A stretch of DNA of 64,000 nucleotides from Sphyrna mokarran. Taxonomy: Eukaryota. Location: assembly GCA_024679065.1 (NCBI GenBank), contig JAGIQG010000043.1, forward strand, positions 1,054,001 through 1,118,000, written 5' to 3'. A program made the position numbers and the translations under genes. Shown here in pieces: positions 1 to 11,395 of this stretch. The notes under the pieces are model-generated. The model ran no database searches, was not told the origin of the DNA, and worked only from the letters and a program-made list of their open reading frames with translations. Numbering within the stretch: the stretch's first letter is position 1; each line of letters begins with the position of its first letter.

Positions 1-394
1 TGTATTCCCCAGAGGACAGACGACTGGTTATCCAATGCTTGTTCTGGTGCACATAACTAGCGAATTGGAGCCGTCCATGTTCAGACCCAAGCAAACATTT
101 GCAGCGTTGTTGTTCATTAAATCGCGGTTTCAGACATCCGGAATCATACAGATATCTAATCAGGCGTGGAATGTCTTGAAATCACGTTCAATGCCCGCAT
201 AATCCAAGCGTAAAAAATGAGGCAATATTGTCGACAATATATTCATGCATTATTAATATTTTTCCCCTGAGGAGTACGATATACCAGAGAATCGCGTAAG
301 AATGTTTTCAATGTCTGCAAAACCCGATGTCCAGATACAAAATCTCTCAGTAACAAATAGGAAGAAGATTAAGTCTATCACTCCAGTGGACATT

Positions 395-655
395 AGAACA
401 TAGAACATTACAGCGCAGTCTATGCCCTTCGGCCCTTGATGTTGTGCCAACCAGTGAAACCAATCCAATGACCCTCCCCGCTAAACTATTCTAATGTGAT
501 CAATATGCCAATCCGCTGTCCATTTGAACGACCTTAAAGTTGGCGAGTCCACAACTGCTGAAAACAAGGCATTCCACGCTCTTACTACCCTCTGAGTAAG
601 GAACCTACCTCTGACATCTATCTTATAATTAGCAGCCCTCAATTTAAAGTGTTTC
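395..655 (-). mobile_element. CR1-clade LINE 3' end fragment
   Basis: Tail AGAACATAGAACATTACAGCGCAG and 3' UTR similar to the longer LINE copies at 4722-6660 and 38478-40935. Confidence 0.75.
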
Positions 656-3600
656 AAGCATTAAGTGTTTCTTTCTATTTGGTCTCAGTTTGAATCGATG
701 ATTCAGTTGCACTGCAGAACGCGTGGGAGGTTTTCCAACCCTAGGGAATGTTGCAGGGGATAAGAATAGTGGTTAAGTGAAAAGATGCAACTGATGAATC
801 GAGGAAGGTGTTCAAATGGGAGCAAATCATTGACTGTTGATCACATGGATGCCTATATTTTCAACAATGCAGAGTGAAATGAGCAAAAAAAAACATGGAG
901 AACGGGGAAGGATCTTTCGGGTGTAGAGAATATGTGTTTATTACTGTGACTTTCGAAGATTAAGGAACAATCTGATTTTCCTTAAATAGCAGAATAACAT
1001 AATTAGGATTGACAGAGAGTAACAATTTCCTCTGGGAATGGTGCGAATATCCAGAAGAGAAGCTTCAAAATTGTGTGCAGTTAGCCTAAATCCAAGGTAT
1101 TATATTTGTTTTGGGCATTATAATGATCGTAAGATGTTTCATTCTCAGCATGATTTAATTGACCCACTCGGAATCTTTAATCAAACAAAGTTTATTTAAG
1201 AAAAAAAGTGAGAAATATAACAAACAGAAGTCGCTGAACTTTCACCAATTATAAGATTTAAATATCATACCGTATACTATTAACAGCGATCTATATCTGT
1301 TGCTCCAATTTAAAGATTTCTTCTATGTAACCTTCCTCAGAATTGTTTAACACAAAAACACGTTACCTCACGCGATACTAGATTTCCAGCCATTAATACC
1401 AATCAATAGAAATCCAAACAACAGTTTTCAGAGAAGTATATATACACAAGACAGCAAAATAATTACATAAATCTAGTTTCATCAGCTTTGAGATTTCAGA
1501 TCTTCGGGATTAAGAGAATAACTCTCTCTCTCTTTCTCTTCCTCTCTGCAGCTTCCAGAACAGCAACACTCAGAAAGCAGAATCTATAACACCAGAGAAG
1601 GGTCAGAACTGATGGTTCTATCTCAAGTCCAAACATTTAAATAGCAATGAAATTGGAATTTTCTGTGAAAGATCCGTTGTTCACGATCATATGACCTGAG
1701 CCGCACTGACCAAGTTGCTCTGCAAGCCCAAGGGAACACACACAAGAAAACAGATTGCTGCATTAGTTCAGATTGAAAAAAGGCATAATAACAAGTTCGA
1801 TGTCTCAATAACAATGGAAGATGCCGTTGCAGACAAAAGTTCGCATAAGATGCCAAGGACTGTGAGAGACATCCTGCAGATCAACATGATTAAAACACAT
1901 TAGTTCGAGGCACGGCAGCGTCACTGTGGGCTGAGTCAAGAAAATGTGGATGGGTGTAGTGGGGAGTGGCGGCCGGCGGCTGGCATATGATGTTTCTAGA
2001 TAATGGAATCTGTGTATTTGAATGTGACTTATTCACAATTCTTCAAATAAAGAAAACGGGGGATCTGTAATTCATAACTTAGAATAACTGTTGAGACGAG
2101 TACTAAAATGAACCTGAACAAACAGAAATTGATATACTGTCTTTTAGGAACTGGATAGATTTTTGGACGTGAGCTGTGCGGTTCGAGTTAAGATATTGTT
2201 ACAAGTTGGTGAAAATTAACTCACTGAAGTGTTGAATGGTCTCCTACTGTTAGCATGCATGGCGGGTGCGGGGGTGGGGGCGTGGGGGGAGGGAAGAAAA
2301 GTAATTGTGAACGCTGATAAAAGAGAAATACGTCTAATGTTCATGCTGTGATAGATAGGATGTGAAACAAAAGTACAAATTCAATCAGCCAACGAATACC
2401 AGACAGGTTCTTCCTTTGCTGTACATGGGTAAGGTTTTCTGATCCGATTCTGTAAAATCTACTGAGTGATGTTATCCAAAGCGAACATGCATTGGAAATA
2501 ATTTTTTTCTCAACAATAAATGCATCTTTGTTCATTACCACTATCAAACATGTTCCAGAATGCTCTCACTCTGCATTTTTTTTTAATTAATCCAGCGTGA
2601 ACCCTCAACGAATTACTCAACTGCCTCATGAGTTATTTACACATTTCCAAGCGCGCACACATTCACTGCAAAAATGCCTTTGTTAATTCGCTGAAAAGCT
2701 ACCGGCACCGCATTTGGGCTGAACCGATACAGGATCTGGAATAATGAGCTTACATTGGTGTTCAAAATCTGTTTCAATATATTGGTAACTTGGATACAGA
2801 TACATTTTGAATTGTTCATTGCATATTTACTGCAGACAATACAGAATGGAATTCAAAATAAATGAGGAATTAGATGAGTGAAGAGGTGAAATTGCATTGC
2901 AGGCGATATTCCATTGTAGAATGGCGGGCATTATTGGAAGAGTGTGTTTTCCCCTTTGGGCGCCATCACAGCATTGATCCGCCAATCCGGGTAGACCTTC
3001 AAAAATTACTGTGCAACAAAAGGAATGTTTCTATGCTAGATATACAGGAAATACACACTTCTCTCTGTCTCGTTCTCTTTTGTTCGTCTCAAGTTAGCTT
3101 GTTGGATCCCCACTGGAGACCAGACAAGCACAGCCTGTGGGTGAAAAATGATGCGTCAAAGTAATCCACACCATCATTACAGGGATAGGTGAGGCCATTG
3201 AGCCCCTCAATCTATTCAACTGGATTCGGGCTGAAATGTATCTTAGCTCGTACACTACCACCATTTTTAAATATTCTTTAATATTCTCCTGAATATAAAA
3301 CTATCCATCTCAGTTTTGCAATTCCCAATTGTTAACTAGCCTGATCAGCCTTTGTTCTATCTGGGGAATGTTTTCCAAAATTTGACACCAATTATGTGAA
3401 AAATCGACTTTCTAAATGGACACGGTGTCTCCTAAGTTAACATTCTGCTTCCTTGGCCGGACATCCCCGGATCTCCCCGCTCCCCACTGTTTCCTACAGC
3501 ACCGAGCCACGGCTCTATCCTCCAGTGCCACCGACGCCATTAAAGAAAAATTCACGAATTTCCCGGTGGCGGTGTGGTGTAAATGATAGGAAACCAGGTT

Positions 3601-3685
3601 GACACAAAATTCAACAACGGGCTGCACCCCTTTGCTGTGGAGGTAGGGAAAATAACCTGCATTATGGAAAATAAAACGTACCTTT

Positions 3686-3741
3686 TTATTCTGTACATGT
3701 GAGGCCTGTACATGTCAAGGCCTCATCACTTCTTGCATGGC
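3686..3741 (-). CDS. VJ-C1 antigen-receptor-like gene, copy A: cytoplasmic exon (GHARSDEALTCTGLTCTE*)
   Basis: Poly-T acceptor ttttcttctaaacag at 3742 and above; phase 1 keeps the frame from the TM exon; TAA at 3688-3686. Confidence 0.6.
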
Positions 3742-3874
3742 CTGTTTAGAAGAAAAAAAAAAATCGGGCTAAATTGCCATATATCATACATTTCATCCAC
3801 AGGATCAATAATTCAGAAGTAAATGGGAGGATTTAAGATGCCACGTGGTTGGAGAGTCTCCGCACAATCCTTAC

Positions 3875-3994
3875 CTCTCTTCCGAGTCCTGCAGCTCCAT
3901 CTCCCAGTCACACAGACCAATCCCAGAAGGAGTAGCGCCACGGCCAACACCCACCTTGAAATTGAAACAATGCATAGCGTTGTTACCGGAAAAT
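3875..3994 (-). CDS. VJ-C1 gene copy A: stalk/transmembrane exon (DFPVTTLCIVSISRWVLAVALLLLGLVCVTGRWSCRTRKR)
   Basis: Acceptor tttttctttttcag, donor AG|gtaag, 120 nt, phase 1-1; hydrophobic stretch followed by basic stop-transfer residues RTRKR. Confidence 0.8.
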
Positions 3995-4721
3995 CTGAAA
4001 AAGAAAAAAAAATAACTTTCAACTCCAGTTACAATTTTGGAAAACATAGATAAGTGATCACTTTGACCAAAACTGCCTGTCTATTTCCCGAAAATGATCA
4101 TGTGCCGTCATGTGATGGAGCAGAGACGTTGCTGAACATTTTTTTTTCAATAGGAAACAGGGGAGAGAGAACGAGAGAGACTGATTGCGACTGAGAGAGA
4201 GCCAAAGTCGAAAGGTCATCGTTCAGTGAGAGAGGAAGTGACAGATACATTTGAAAGGAGTAATTCTGAGATAAAAGAGAGCGATAGAGCAGACACATTA
4301 GACAGAATTCTTTCAGTTGGACATACATAACTGGTCAGATATAAGGGACACGTTAAGGAAACATATATAAAAACAGAGCACCCGACGTTAGAATGTTTTG
4401 AGACAAATAGCTGGCTATTTAAACGGAGCACCGTTAAACTGGACGAATCAGGCAAGAGTGAGAAAATTACATATATCAATAATTAGAGTCCGAGAAAAAA
4501 AATATAGATGGTGACAGTGAGATAAGAGAGAACGTGGTTGACACATAAATGCTCTACGCCAACTAGGGATAGACATTGAATGCTGGAGATACATCAACGT
4601 CCATGTTCCAGGAATGAATAAAGAAGAAAATCGTGACCGGAGTTGAAAGGAGGGAAAGGAGAAGGCGGGTGGATTGCGGAGAGATAGAGTGTTTAATACT
4701 GAGCGACACAGGGAGAACAGA

Positions 4722-6660
4722 GAAATAGAACATAGAACATAGAACATTACAGCGCAGAACAGGCCCTTCGGACTTCGATGTTGCGCCGACCAATTAGGAA
4801 AAAGCAATGACCCTCTAACCTAAACCATTCCCTTTACGTCCATAAACTTATCTACTAACCTCTTAAACGCCACCAAACTTGGCGCATCTACAACTGACGC
4901 AGGCAGGGCATTCCATACCCTTACCACCCTCTGGGTAAAGAACCTACCTCTGATATCCGTCCTATAACCACCACCCTTAATTTAAAGCTATGTCCCCTCG
5001 TGCTAGCTTTCTCCATCCTAGGAAAAAGGCTATCACTGTCCACCCTATCTAAACTCTAATCATCTTATATGTTTCGATTAGGTCCCCTCTTAGCCGCCTC
5101 CTTTCTAACGAAAACAACCTCAAATCCCTCAGCCTCTCTTCATAAGAACTGCCCTCCATACCAGGCAACATCCTGGTAAACCTCCTCTGTACCCTCTCCA
5201 ATGCCTCCACATCTTTCTTATAATGTGGGGACCAGAACTGCACACAATACTCCAAGTGCGGCCGCACTAGAGTTTGTACAGTTGCAACATGACGTTGCGG
5301 CTCCGAAATTCAATCCCCCTACCAATAAAAGCTAATACTCCATATGCCTTCTTAACAAACTTATCGACTTGACTGTCAACTTTCAGGGATCTATGCACAT
5401 ATACATCAAGATCCCTGTGTTCATCAAAACTATTAAGAGTCCTACCATTAGAACATAGAACATTACAGCACAGAACAGGCCCCTCGGCCCTCGATGCTGC
5501 GCCGACCAATACAAACAGCAATGCCCCTCCAAACCAAACCACCTCCTTCTCCTCCATACACCCACAAACCAAGCTCCCAAACGCCACCAAACCTGGCGCA
5601 CCCACAACCGCTGCAGGCAGGGCACTCCACTCCCGAACCACCCTTTGGGTAAAGAACCTGCCTCTGATATCCGTCCTATAACTATCACCCCTTAATTTAA
5701 AGCTGTGTCCCCTCGTGCTAGCTTTTTCCATCCTAGGAAAAAGGCTATCACTGTCCACCCTATCTAAACCTCTAATCATCTTATATGTTTCGATCAGGTC
5801 CCCTCTTAGCCTCCTCCTTTCTAACGAAAACAACCTCAAATCCCTCAGCCTCTCTTCATAAGACCTGCCCTCCATACCAGGCAACATCCTGGTAAACCTC
5901 CTCTGTACCCTCTCCAATGCCTCCACATCTTTCTTATAATGTGGGGACCAGAACTGCACACAATACTCCAAGTGCGGCCGCACTAGAGTTTTGTACAGTT
6001 GCAACATGACGTTGCGGCTCCGAAATTCAATCCCCCTACCAATAAAAGCCAAGACTCCATATGCCTTCTTAACAACCTTCTCGACCTGACTGCCTACTTT
6101 CAGGGATCTATGCACATACACACCAAGATCCCTCTGTTCATCTAGACTACTAAGAATCCTACCATTTGCCCTATACTCTACACATTTATTATTTCTGCCA
6201 TAGTGCATTACCTCACACTTTTCCACATTAAACTCCATTTGCCACCTCTCGGCCCAGCTCTGCAACTTGTCCAAGTCTCTCTGCAAACTATAACACCCCT
6301 CTTCACTATCTACCACTCCACCGACTTTAGTGTCATCTGCAAATTTACTAATCCATCCTTCAATACCCTCATCCAGATCATTTATAAAAATTACAAACAG
6401 CAGGGGCCCCAAAACAGACCCCTGAGGTACACCACTTGTCACCGAACTCCACGATGAATATCTCCCATCAACCACCACCCTCTGTCTTCTATCTGCTAGC
6501 CAATTCCTAACCCAATTAGCTAAATCACCCTCTATCCCATACATCTGCATTTTCTGCAGAAGTCTTCCATGGGCCACCTTATCAAACGCCTTACTAAAGT
6601 CCATATATACCACATCAACCGCCTTACCCCCATCCACCTCCTTAGTCACTTTTTCAAAAA
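4722..6660 (-). mobile_element. Two head-to-tail 5'-truncated CR1 LINE copies (6660->5450 and 5449->4722)
   Basis: RT motifs MDFSKAFD, GVPQGSVLGP, FADD and HLEYCVQFWSP; two separate 3' tails at about 5450 and 4722. Confidence 0.9.
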
Positions 6661-8032
6661 AAAAAGCCCGAGAGTCTGCACATTTGTTATTCAAATGGTG
6701 AGAATAGAGAAAAAAGAGAGGGAGTGATATGCAGGAAGTCGGCAAGCTGACTGCATAACAGATTATTATACATAAACAACATGAACCGAATAATAGAGGG
6801 AGAGAGAAGATGAATAACGCTAAGTTAAGCAAACGGACAGATACATCAAATGGTATGTGCTGCTTTGTTCAACTGTGATAGTTCGAAGTAGAGACGAAAG
6901 ATTGTATCAGTCATTACATATAGGTATGATTTGATAACGTTATGCGATGAAAATGGAATCACACATTTCATTTCAACCCACGGCATCATGGGCCACCGAC
7001 TTCCAACCCTTTTCCAGATGCCGCTGGAGCATGGCTGTTTCTTGCCAACTGCCCCCGGAATACCCATTACTTCTGTCATTGACTTTCGTGCTATTCTTTT
7101 AAAACTTAACTCTAAATCTCTCATACTTCCTAGAAATCTTCATATACGACTGTAGTGTTGTATGTGGCATTATATGTTACATGATGCTGCTATTCCTTTC
7201 TTTCTCCCACATGACGATGTAAATGGTAAATTTTGCCTGTGCACCGTGCAAGAAACAACACCTTTCACTCAATCCCATACATATGAGTGTAATAAATCAA
7301 ATCTAAGAACTCTACGAACGGTATAATTTTTGTTTGTATAAGAAAATATACTTTTCAATGTGGCTCAATAAATGGGACAATAACAAAATCAAATTAACTC
7401 AACTCTATGTACCCTGTCATGGTGTGTGTTTTTTTTTTGTTTCTGTGTCACGCGCATGAAACAATGCTTTTCACTGTACCTAAAAACATATGAGAATAAT
7501 AGATAAAATCTATGCACTCTGTGAACTTTATGTCTTATCGGCACAGCGCAAGAAAATGTGTTTTTTCACTGCATCCCAAATACATATGACAATAATCAAA
7601 GCAAAGCGAATCCATGTGTTCTATCAGTGGTATGTTTTGTCTTTGTAATGCGCTTAGATCAAAATGTTTCACTGTATCCCATTACATGTGAAAATAATAA
7701 GTGATCCCATATCAACACGGTGGAGCCATACATAGAAATGGGAAATTGGAGCAGGGAGAAGGCAGTCCACTTTTCGATGCTTCTCTGGCAATTTATACAA
7801 ATGGCTAATTCTATCTCAATCCTAAACATGAACAGTTCTCTGATAAAGGGCAGATTAAATTTTCAACAGACTGAACTCAAACCAAATGAGAGATTTGAGA
7901 CAGTCAAAAATGTTTTGGATTTACGTGGAAATACAGTGGAGAAAGGGGCATGTTATTCCATTAGACAGCTCTGCAGAAAGTCTGACATTCGCATTAAATC
8001 GGTGGGTTTATTAGGACATTGTGAATAGCTAC

Positions 8033-8338
8033 CTTTCTGAGATGAGACACTTTTGCTGAAAATACTTTCTTCGGGGTTGATCTGAAGGGCGCAAGTGCAG
8101 CGAGCGCCGCTTCTCCAAGTTTCCGCCGGGGGACTGATGTAACTGCTGAAGGTGTAGGTGCCGTCCGGTTCTATTGCCCCCGAATCGGTCAGTCCCGTGG
8201 TATCCCGCCCAGAAACATCCCAGCGGACGGAAATGGAATCAGGGGACAATCCTCTGATCAAACACAGCAACGGGACCCTTTCCATGACGGGAATCTGATG
8301 CTGTGGCGGGGTGAGGAGGGTTACGGTGGGAGAATCCA
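8033..8338 (-). CDS. VJ-C1 gene copy A: Ig C1-set domain exon
   Basis: VDSPTVTLL..VPLLCLIRGLSPDSISVRW..DGTYTFSSYI..W..CTC; acceptor aatacag, donor AAAG|gtagc, 306 nt, phase 1-1. Confidence 0.9.
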
Positions 8339-8439
8339 CTGTATTCGGCAAAACAGAGAGAGCCCATTAACAGATAGACCAGGACGCGTTTCAATTGCGA
8401 TTGAAATGTTTACTTCAAGGGAAGAGTGACAAAAATTAC

Positions 8440-8778
8440 CTCTAATTATTAACTTGGATCCATTTCCGAATACCAGTGGTCCCTTTTTCAGATGGCGGAT
8501 TGCACAGTAATACACCCCAGAATCATTTCTCCGCGTATCTGTAATCAGCAGTGAATACACAGCCACTGTTTCAGAATTCATTGTTGACAAGGCTTGGTTT
8601 TCCTCGACGTACTTGTCATGAATGGGAACCAATTTTATTTTGTTTCGCTGCGATTGCGTATACCAATAGACTCCAGTAGCTCCTGACTCCCGGACATAGC
8701 AGTTCAGCTTAACAGGGCGCCCCTCATGAAGTGTCTCAACCGATGGAGACTGGGACAAGATAGAATGAGATAATATGA
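8440..8778 (-). CDS. VJ-C1 gene copy A: V-set domain exon with germline-joined J (FGNGSKLII)
   Basis: SQSP..KLNC..VYWYTQ..YSLLI..DSGVYYC..FGNG in one 339-nt phase 1-1 exon; acceptor ccttctcag, donor AGAG|gtaat. Confidence 0.92.
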
Positions 8779-9224
8779 CTGAGAAGGAGAGAAAGAAAGA
8801 ACAAGAGTCATTATAAGTTGTCCTGCCTGAAAACAGCCCTCGTCAAATAAATACCAATGTAGTGACAAATCGAGAAACAACGATAAAAAAGACGAGGTGC
8901 CCAGCACAGGAACACTTAAAATCGCGCTCACTATTGTGTTGTTTGCGCTGTTTTCTTCAGTGAGCAAACTAAGACTATTCACCAGAAAATCTATTGTAAA
9001 CATTTAAGTTCATATATGGGAACAGTAAGGATTAAATATATGGAAGTACTTCAGAATACACTGCTATTTTGTCCCATCCAACACATGTTGACCTTTTTTT
9101 TTCTCTGCTGACTTCGGACTCTTGACTTTTCTTCAAGTGTTTAGAATGTCAGTTAAAAGACAACAACACCCACCCGCTCCGCAATAGTGTAAATGAAGCC
9201 AAATGACTTATTTGATAACAATGA

Positions 9225-9558
9225 TCTGGACTATCTGATGGGAAACACGACAGCTCAGTGACTATGTCTCTGCTGTGTAGATACATGGATTTGGGCCTGT
9301 GTCTGTGGGAGTTTGCGCATTCTCCCCGTACTTGCGTGGGTTTTCTCCGGGCGCTCCGGTTTCCTCCCACATCCCAAAGATGTGCTCTGAGGCTAATTGG
9401 CAAAACAAATTCTCCCTAAATTGTATTAAATTTGGTTTTTAATCCATAGATCTATAAACATGGACAGGGATCGTGTGTAGAAGTGGGAACATCGAGGTGG
9501 TGGCGCGGGTCGTTGGGCCGAAGGGCTTGTTTCCCGTGTTGTTTTGTTCTTTGTTCAA
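9225..9558 (+). mobile_element. V-domain-containing retroposon 3' fragment in intron 1 (mirror 62785-63118, minus)
   Basis: GGAGTTTGC..TTCTCCCCGT..GCGTGGGTTT..CTCCGGTTTCCTCCCACA core followed by a GGGCCGAAGGGC..(TTGTTCT)n tail. Confidence 0.75.
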
Positions 9559-9869
9559 TTGGTCACTCTCCCTCTTCTTTCCCATAATATCACAACTAAT
9601 CTTGGTCCCTTGATTCATTTCACCAATCCCCCAATTTTTAAAGTTTCTATTGAATCTGCTTTCACCACCTTTCAGAAAGGACGTCCAGATGATAACAACT
9701 CAATGCATTAAAGAAAAATGCGTTCAGTACCCCCTCCTTACAATTATCGATCATCTTCCATATTTTTTTCCTATGGTTATTAACTAAACTTGAATTGGAA
9801 ACTGTTCACTGTTAATGAGCAAATTTAAATTCTTCTCCACTCTATCTGAATATAATGAGGATATCTCAC

Positions 9870-9912
9870 CTTGGAACAGATGGAACAATGCGCAGATGCC
9901 GAGGAAACTCAT
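9870..9912 (-). CDS. VJ-C1 gene copy A: leader exon (MSFLGICALFHLFQ)
   Basis: ATG in a gcaATG context, hydrophobic peptide, 43-nt phase-1 exon ending CAAG|gtgag; splices in frame to the V exon. Confidence 0.8.
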
Positions 9913-9999
9913 TGCCCTTGACCCAAACGGCGAGACTCTGAGTCCCCGGTCCGAATCTCACTGAAAACTCGCTCTTTTTCTCTCTGCGTGAGGGAGTGT

Positions 10000-10090
10000 G
10001 AAATTTCCGTCCTGTGTGTGTTAATAAACATGCGATTGTGGTTGAAAAAATGCACCAAGGCAGACAGCTGTCTGTCGTTTTCCTGTTTAT
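10000..10090 (-). promoter_or_regulatory. Putative TATA-less lymphoid promoter (mirror at about 62255-62345)
   Basis: About 90-175 bp upstream of the ATG: ETS-like GGAA cores (10004-10009, 10080-10085), RUNX site TGTGGTT (10037-10043), E-box CAGCTG (10065-10070). Confidence 0.4.
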
Positions 10091-10629
10091 TAATTGTCAA
10101 TGTGCTGGCGTAGCTGAACATGCTTTGCTAAATACCATAGGTATCTACTCAGAGTAGTTAAGTCAAACTTGGAGAGCAAAGCACGGTTCTTCAAAATCCG
10201 GTGAGGTTAAAGAAACAATTGGAACGTTATTCTAAGGATTTCCCAAATGTTCTAGCAAAACTGATAGCTCCAAAATATCAGGGAATATTGAATAGAGTGA
10301 AGCCAGTTTCTGTAAAATAAGTGGAGATTGAGGCTTGACAGGAAATAGATGCTGCAAGTATGAAATTGTTGAAAGGACACATGTATGATTTCAAATGAAT
10401 TGGTCACCTGATTAAAATAGCGACTAATAAATGTAATTGCGAACTCAGAGATTGGGTGAAATATGATCAGATTTAATGTAAATGTACTTGATTTATTATG
10501 GTCCCATGTATTAGGAAAAAGTGCATAATATTGTTTCCTGCACGCTATTCAAACAAACACAAAATATCCATCGAGTTCACACATTTGTTTTAATTTTGTC
10601 ACAGGCATTGATGATGGCACGTTGATGGT

Positions 10630-10830
10630 GGCACGGTCTCAGAATGGTTACCACTGTTGCCTGGCAGTTGGCGTGACCTGGTTTCGATTCCCAGCAGGGG
10701 TCACTGTCTGTGTGGAATTTGAACATTTCTCTCTGTACCTGCGTGGGTTCGCTCTATGTACACTGCGTTTCTCCCACAGTCCAAGAATGTGCCGGTTAGC
10801 TGGATTGGCCGTATTAATTTGTCCCTGGTG
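10630..10830 (+). mobile_element. HE1/V-SINE-like tRNA-derived SINE (mirror 61513-61713, minus)
   Basis: GGCACGG..TGGTTA head, B-box-like GTTTCGATTCC, V-domain core. Confidence 0.7.
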
Positions 10831-10844
10831 ACAGGCAGAATTGA

Positions 10845-11395
10845 TGTAGAGATGCCGGCATTGGACTGGGGTAAACTCAGTAAAGTTTCACAACACCAAT
10901 TTAAAATCCAAACAATTTATTTGGTAGTAAATTCGCCAGCTTTCGACACTATGTGCCTTCGTCAGGCAAATGCAGTGTTCTGGTCTGCAATGGCACTCAT
11001 ACCAACACAGACAGTCATAGATTGCTGATTAGAATGCGAATCCTTACATCTAACCTGTTATTCAAGTGTTAAAGTGGCGAACAATGTGTGTGAAGGGAAT
11101 CCTGAGCATTGGTTAGAGAATTGTGTATTTTCTGCAGACAGCACAGTAAGTGAGTTTTTTTGCTAACCCAGGCAAGTTACGGGGGTTACAGATAGTGTGT
11201 CATGAAGCCAAGATCCCTACTAAGACCGTCCTCATGTGTGCGGAACTTGGCTATCAGTCTCTGCTCAGCGACTCTGCGCTGTCGTGTGTCCCGAAGGCCC
11301 CCTTGAAGAACATTTACCCGCAGGTCGGAGGCCGAATGCTCATGACTGCTGAAGTGTTCGCCCACAGGAAGGGAACTGTTTTGCCTGGTGACCTG
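10845..11395 (-). mobile_element. Penelope-like element 3' fragment (GIY-YIG C-terminus plus terminal repeat)
   Basis: Minus-strand translation SLPVGEHFSSHEHSASDLRVNVLQGGLRDTRQRRVAEQRLIAKFRTHEDGLSRD; hammerhead-like core at 10938-10966. Confidence 0.75.

Noticed and set aside
4140-4720. GA-rich intronic tract with hydrophobic minus-strand ORFs
   Set aside because: Low-complexity sequence; the ORFs are compositional artefacts.
5267-6832. 521-aa ORF as a functional or domesticated RT gene
   Set aside because: It is a 5'-truncated LINE read through an edited stop codon into a second LINE fragment; the N-terminus is low-complexity flank.
7150-7710. Four degenerate TTTCACTG..CATATGA..AATAA repeats as an array system
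   Set aside because: Irregular spacing and decay; they look like stacked old retroposon tails, not a CRISPR-like or regulatory array.
8440-9000. Recombination signal sequences around the V exon
   Set aside because: No CACAGTG heptamer with a correctly spaced nonamer was found; V and J are already fused.
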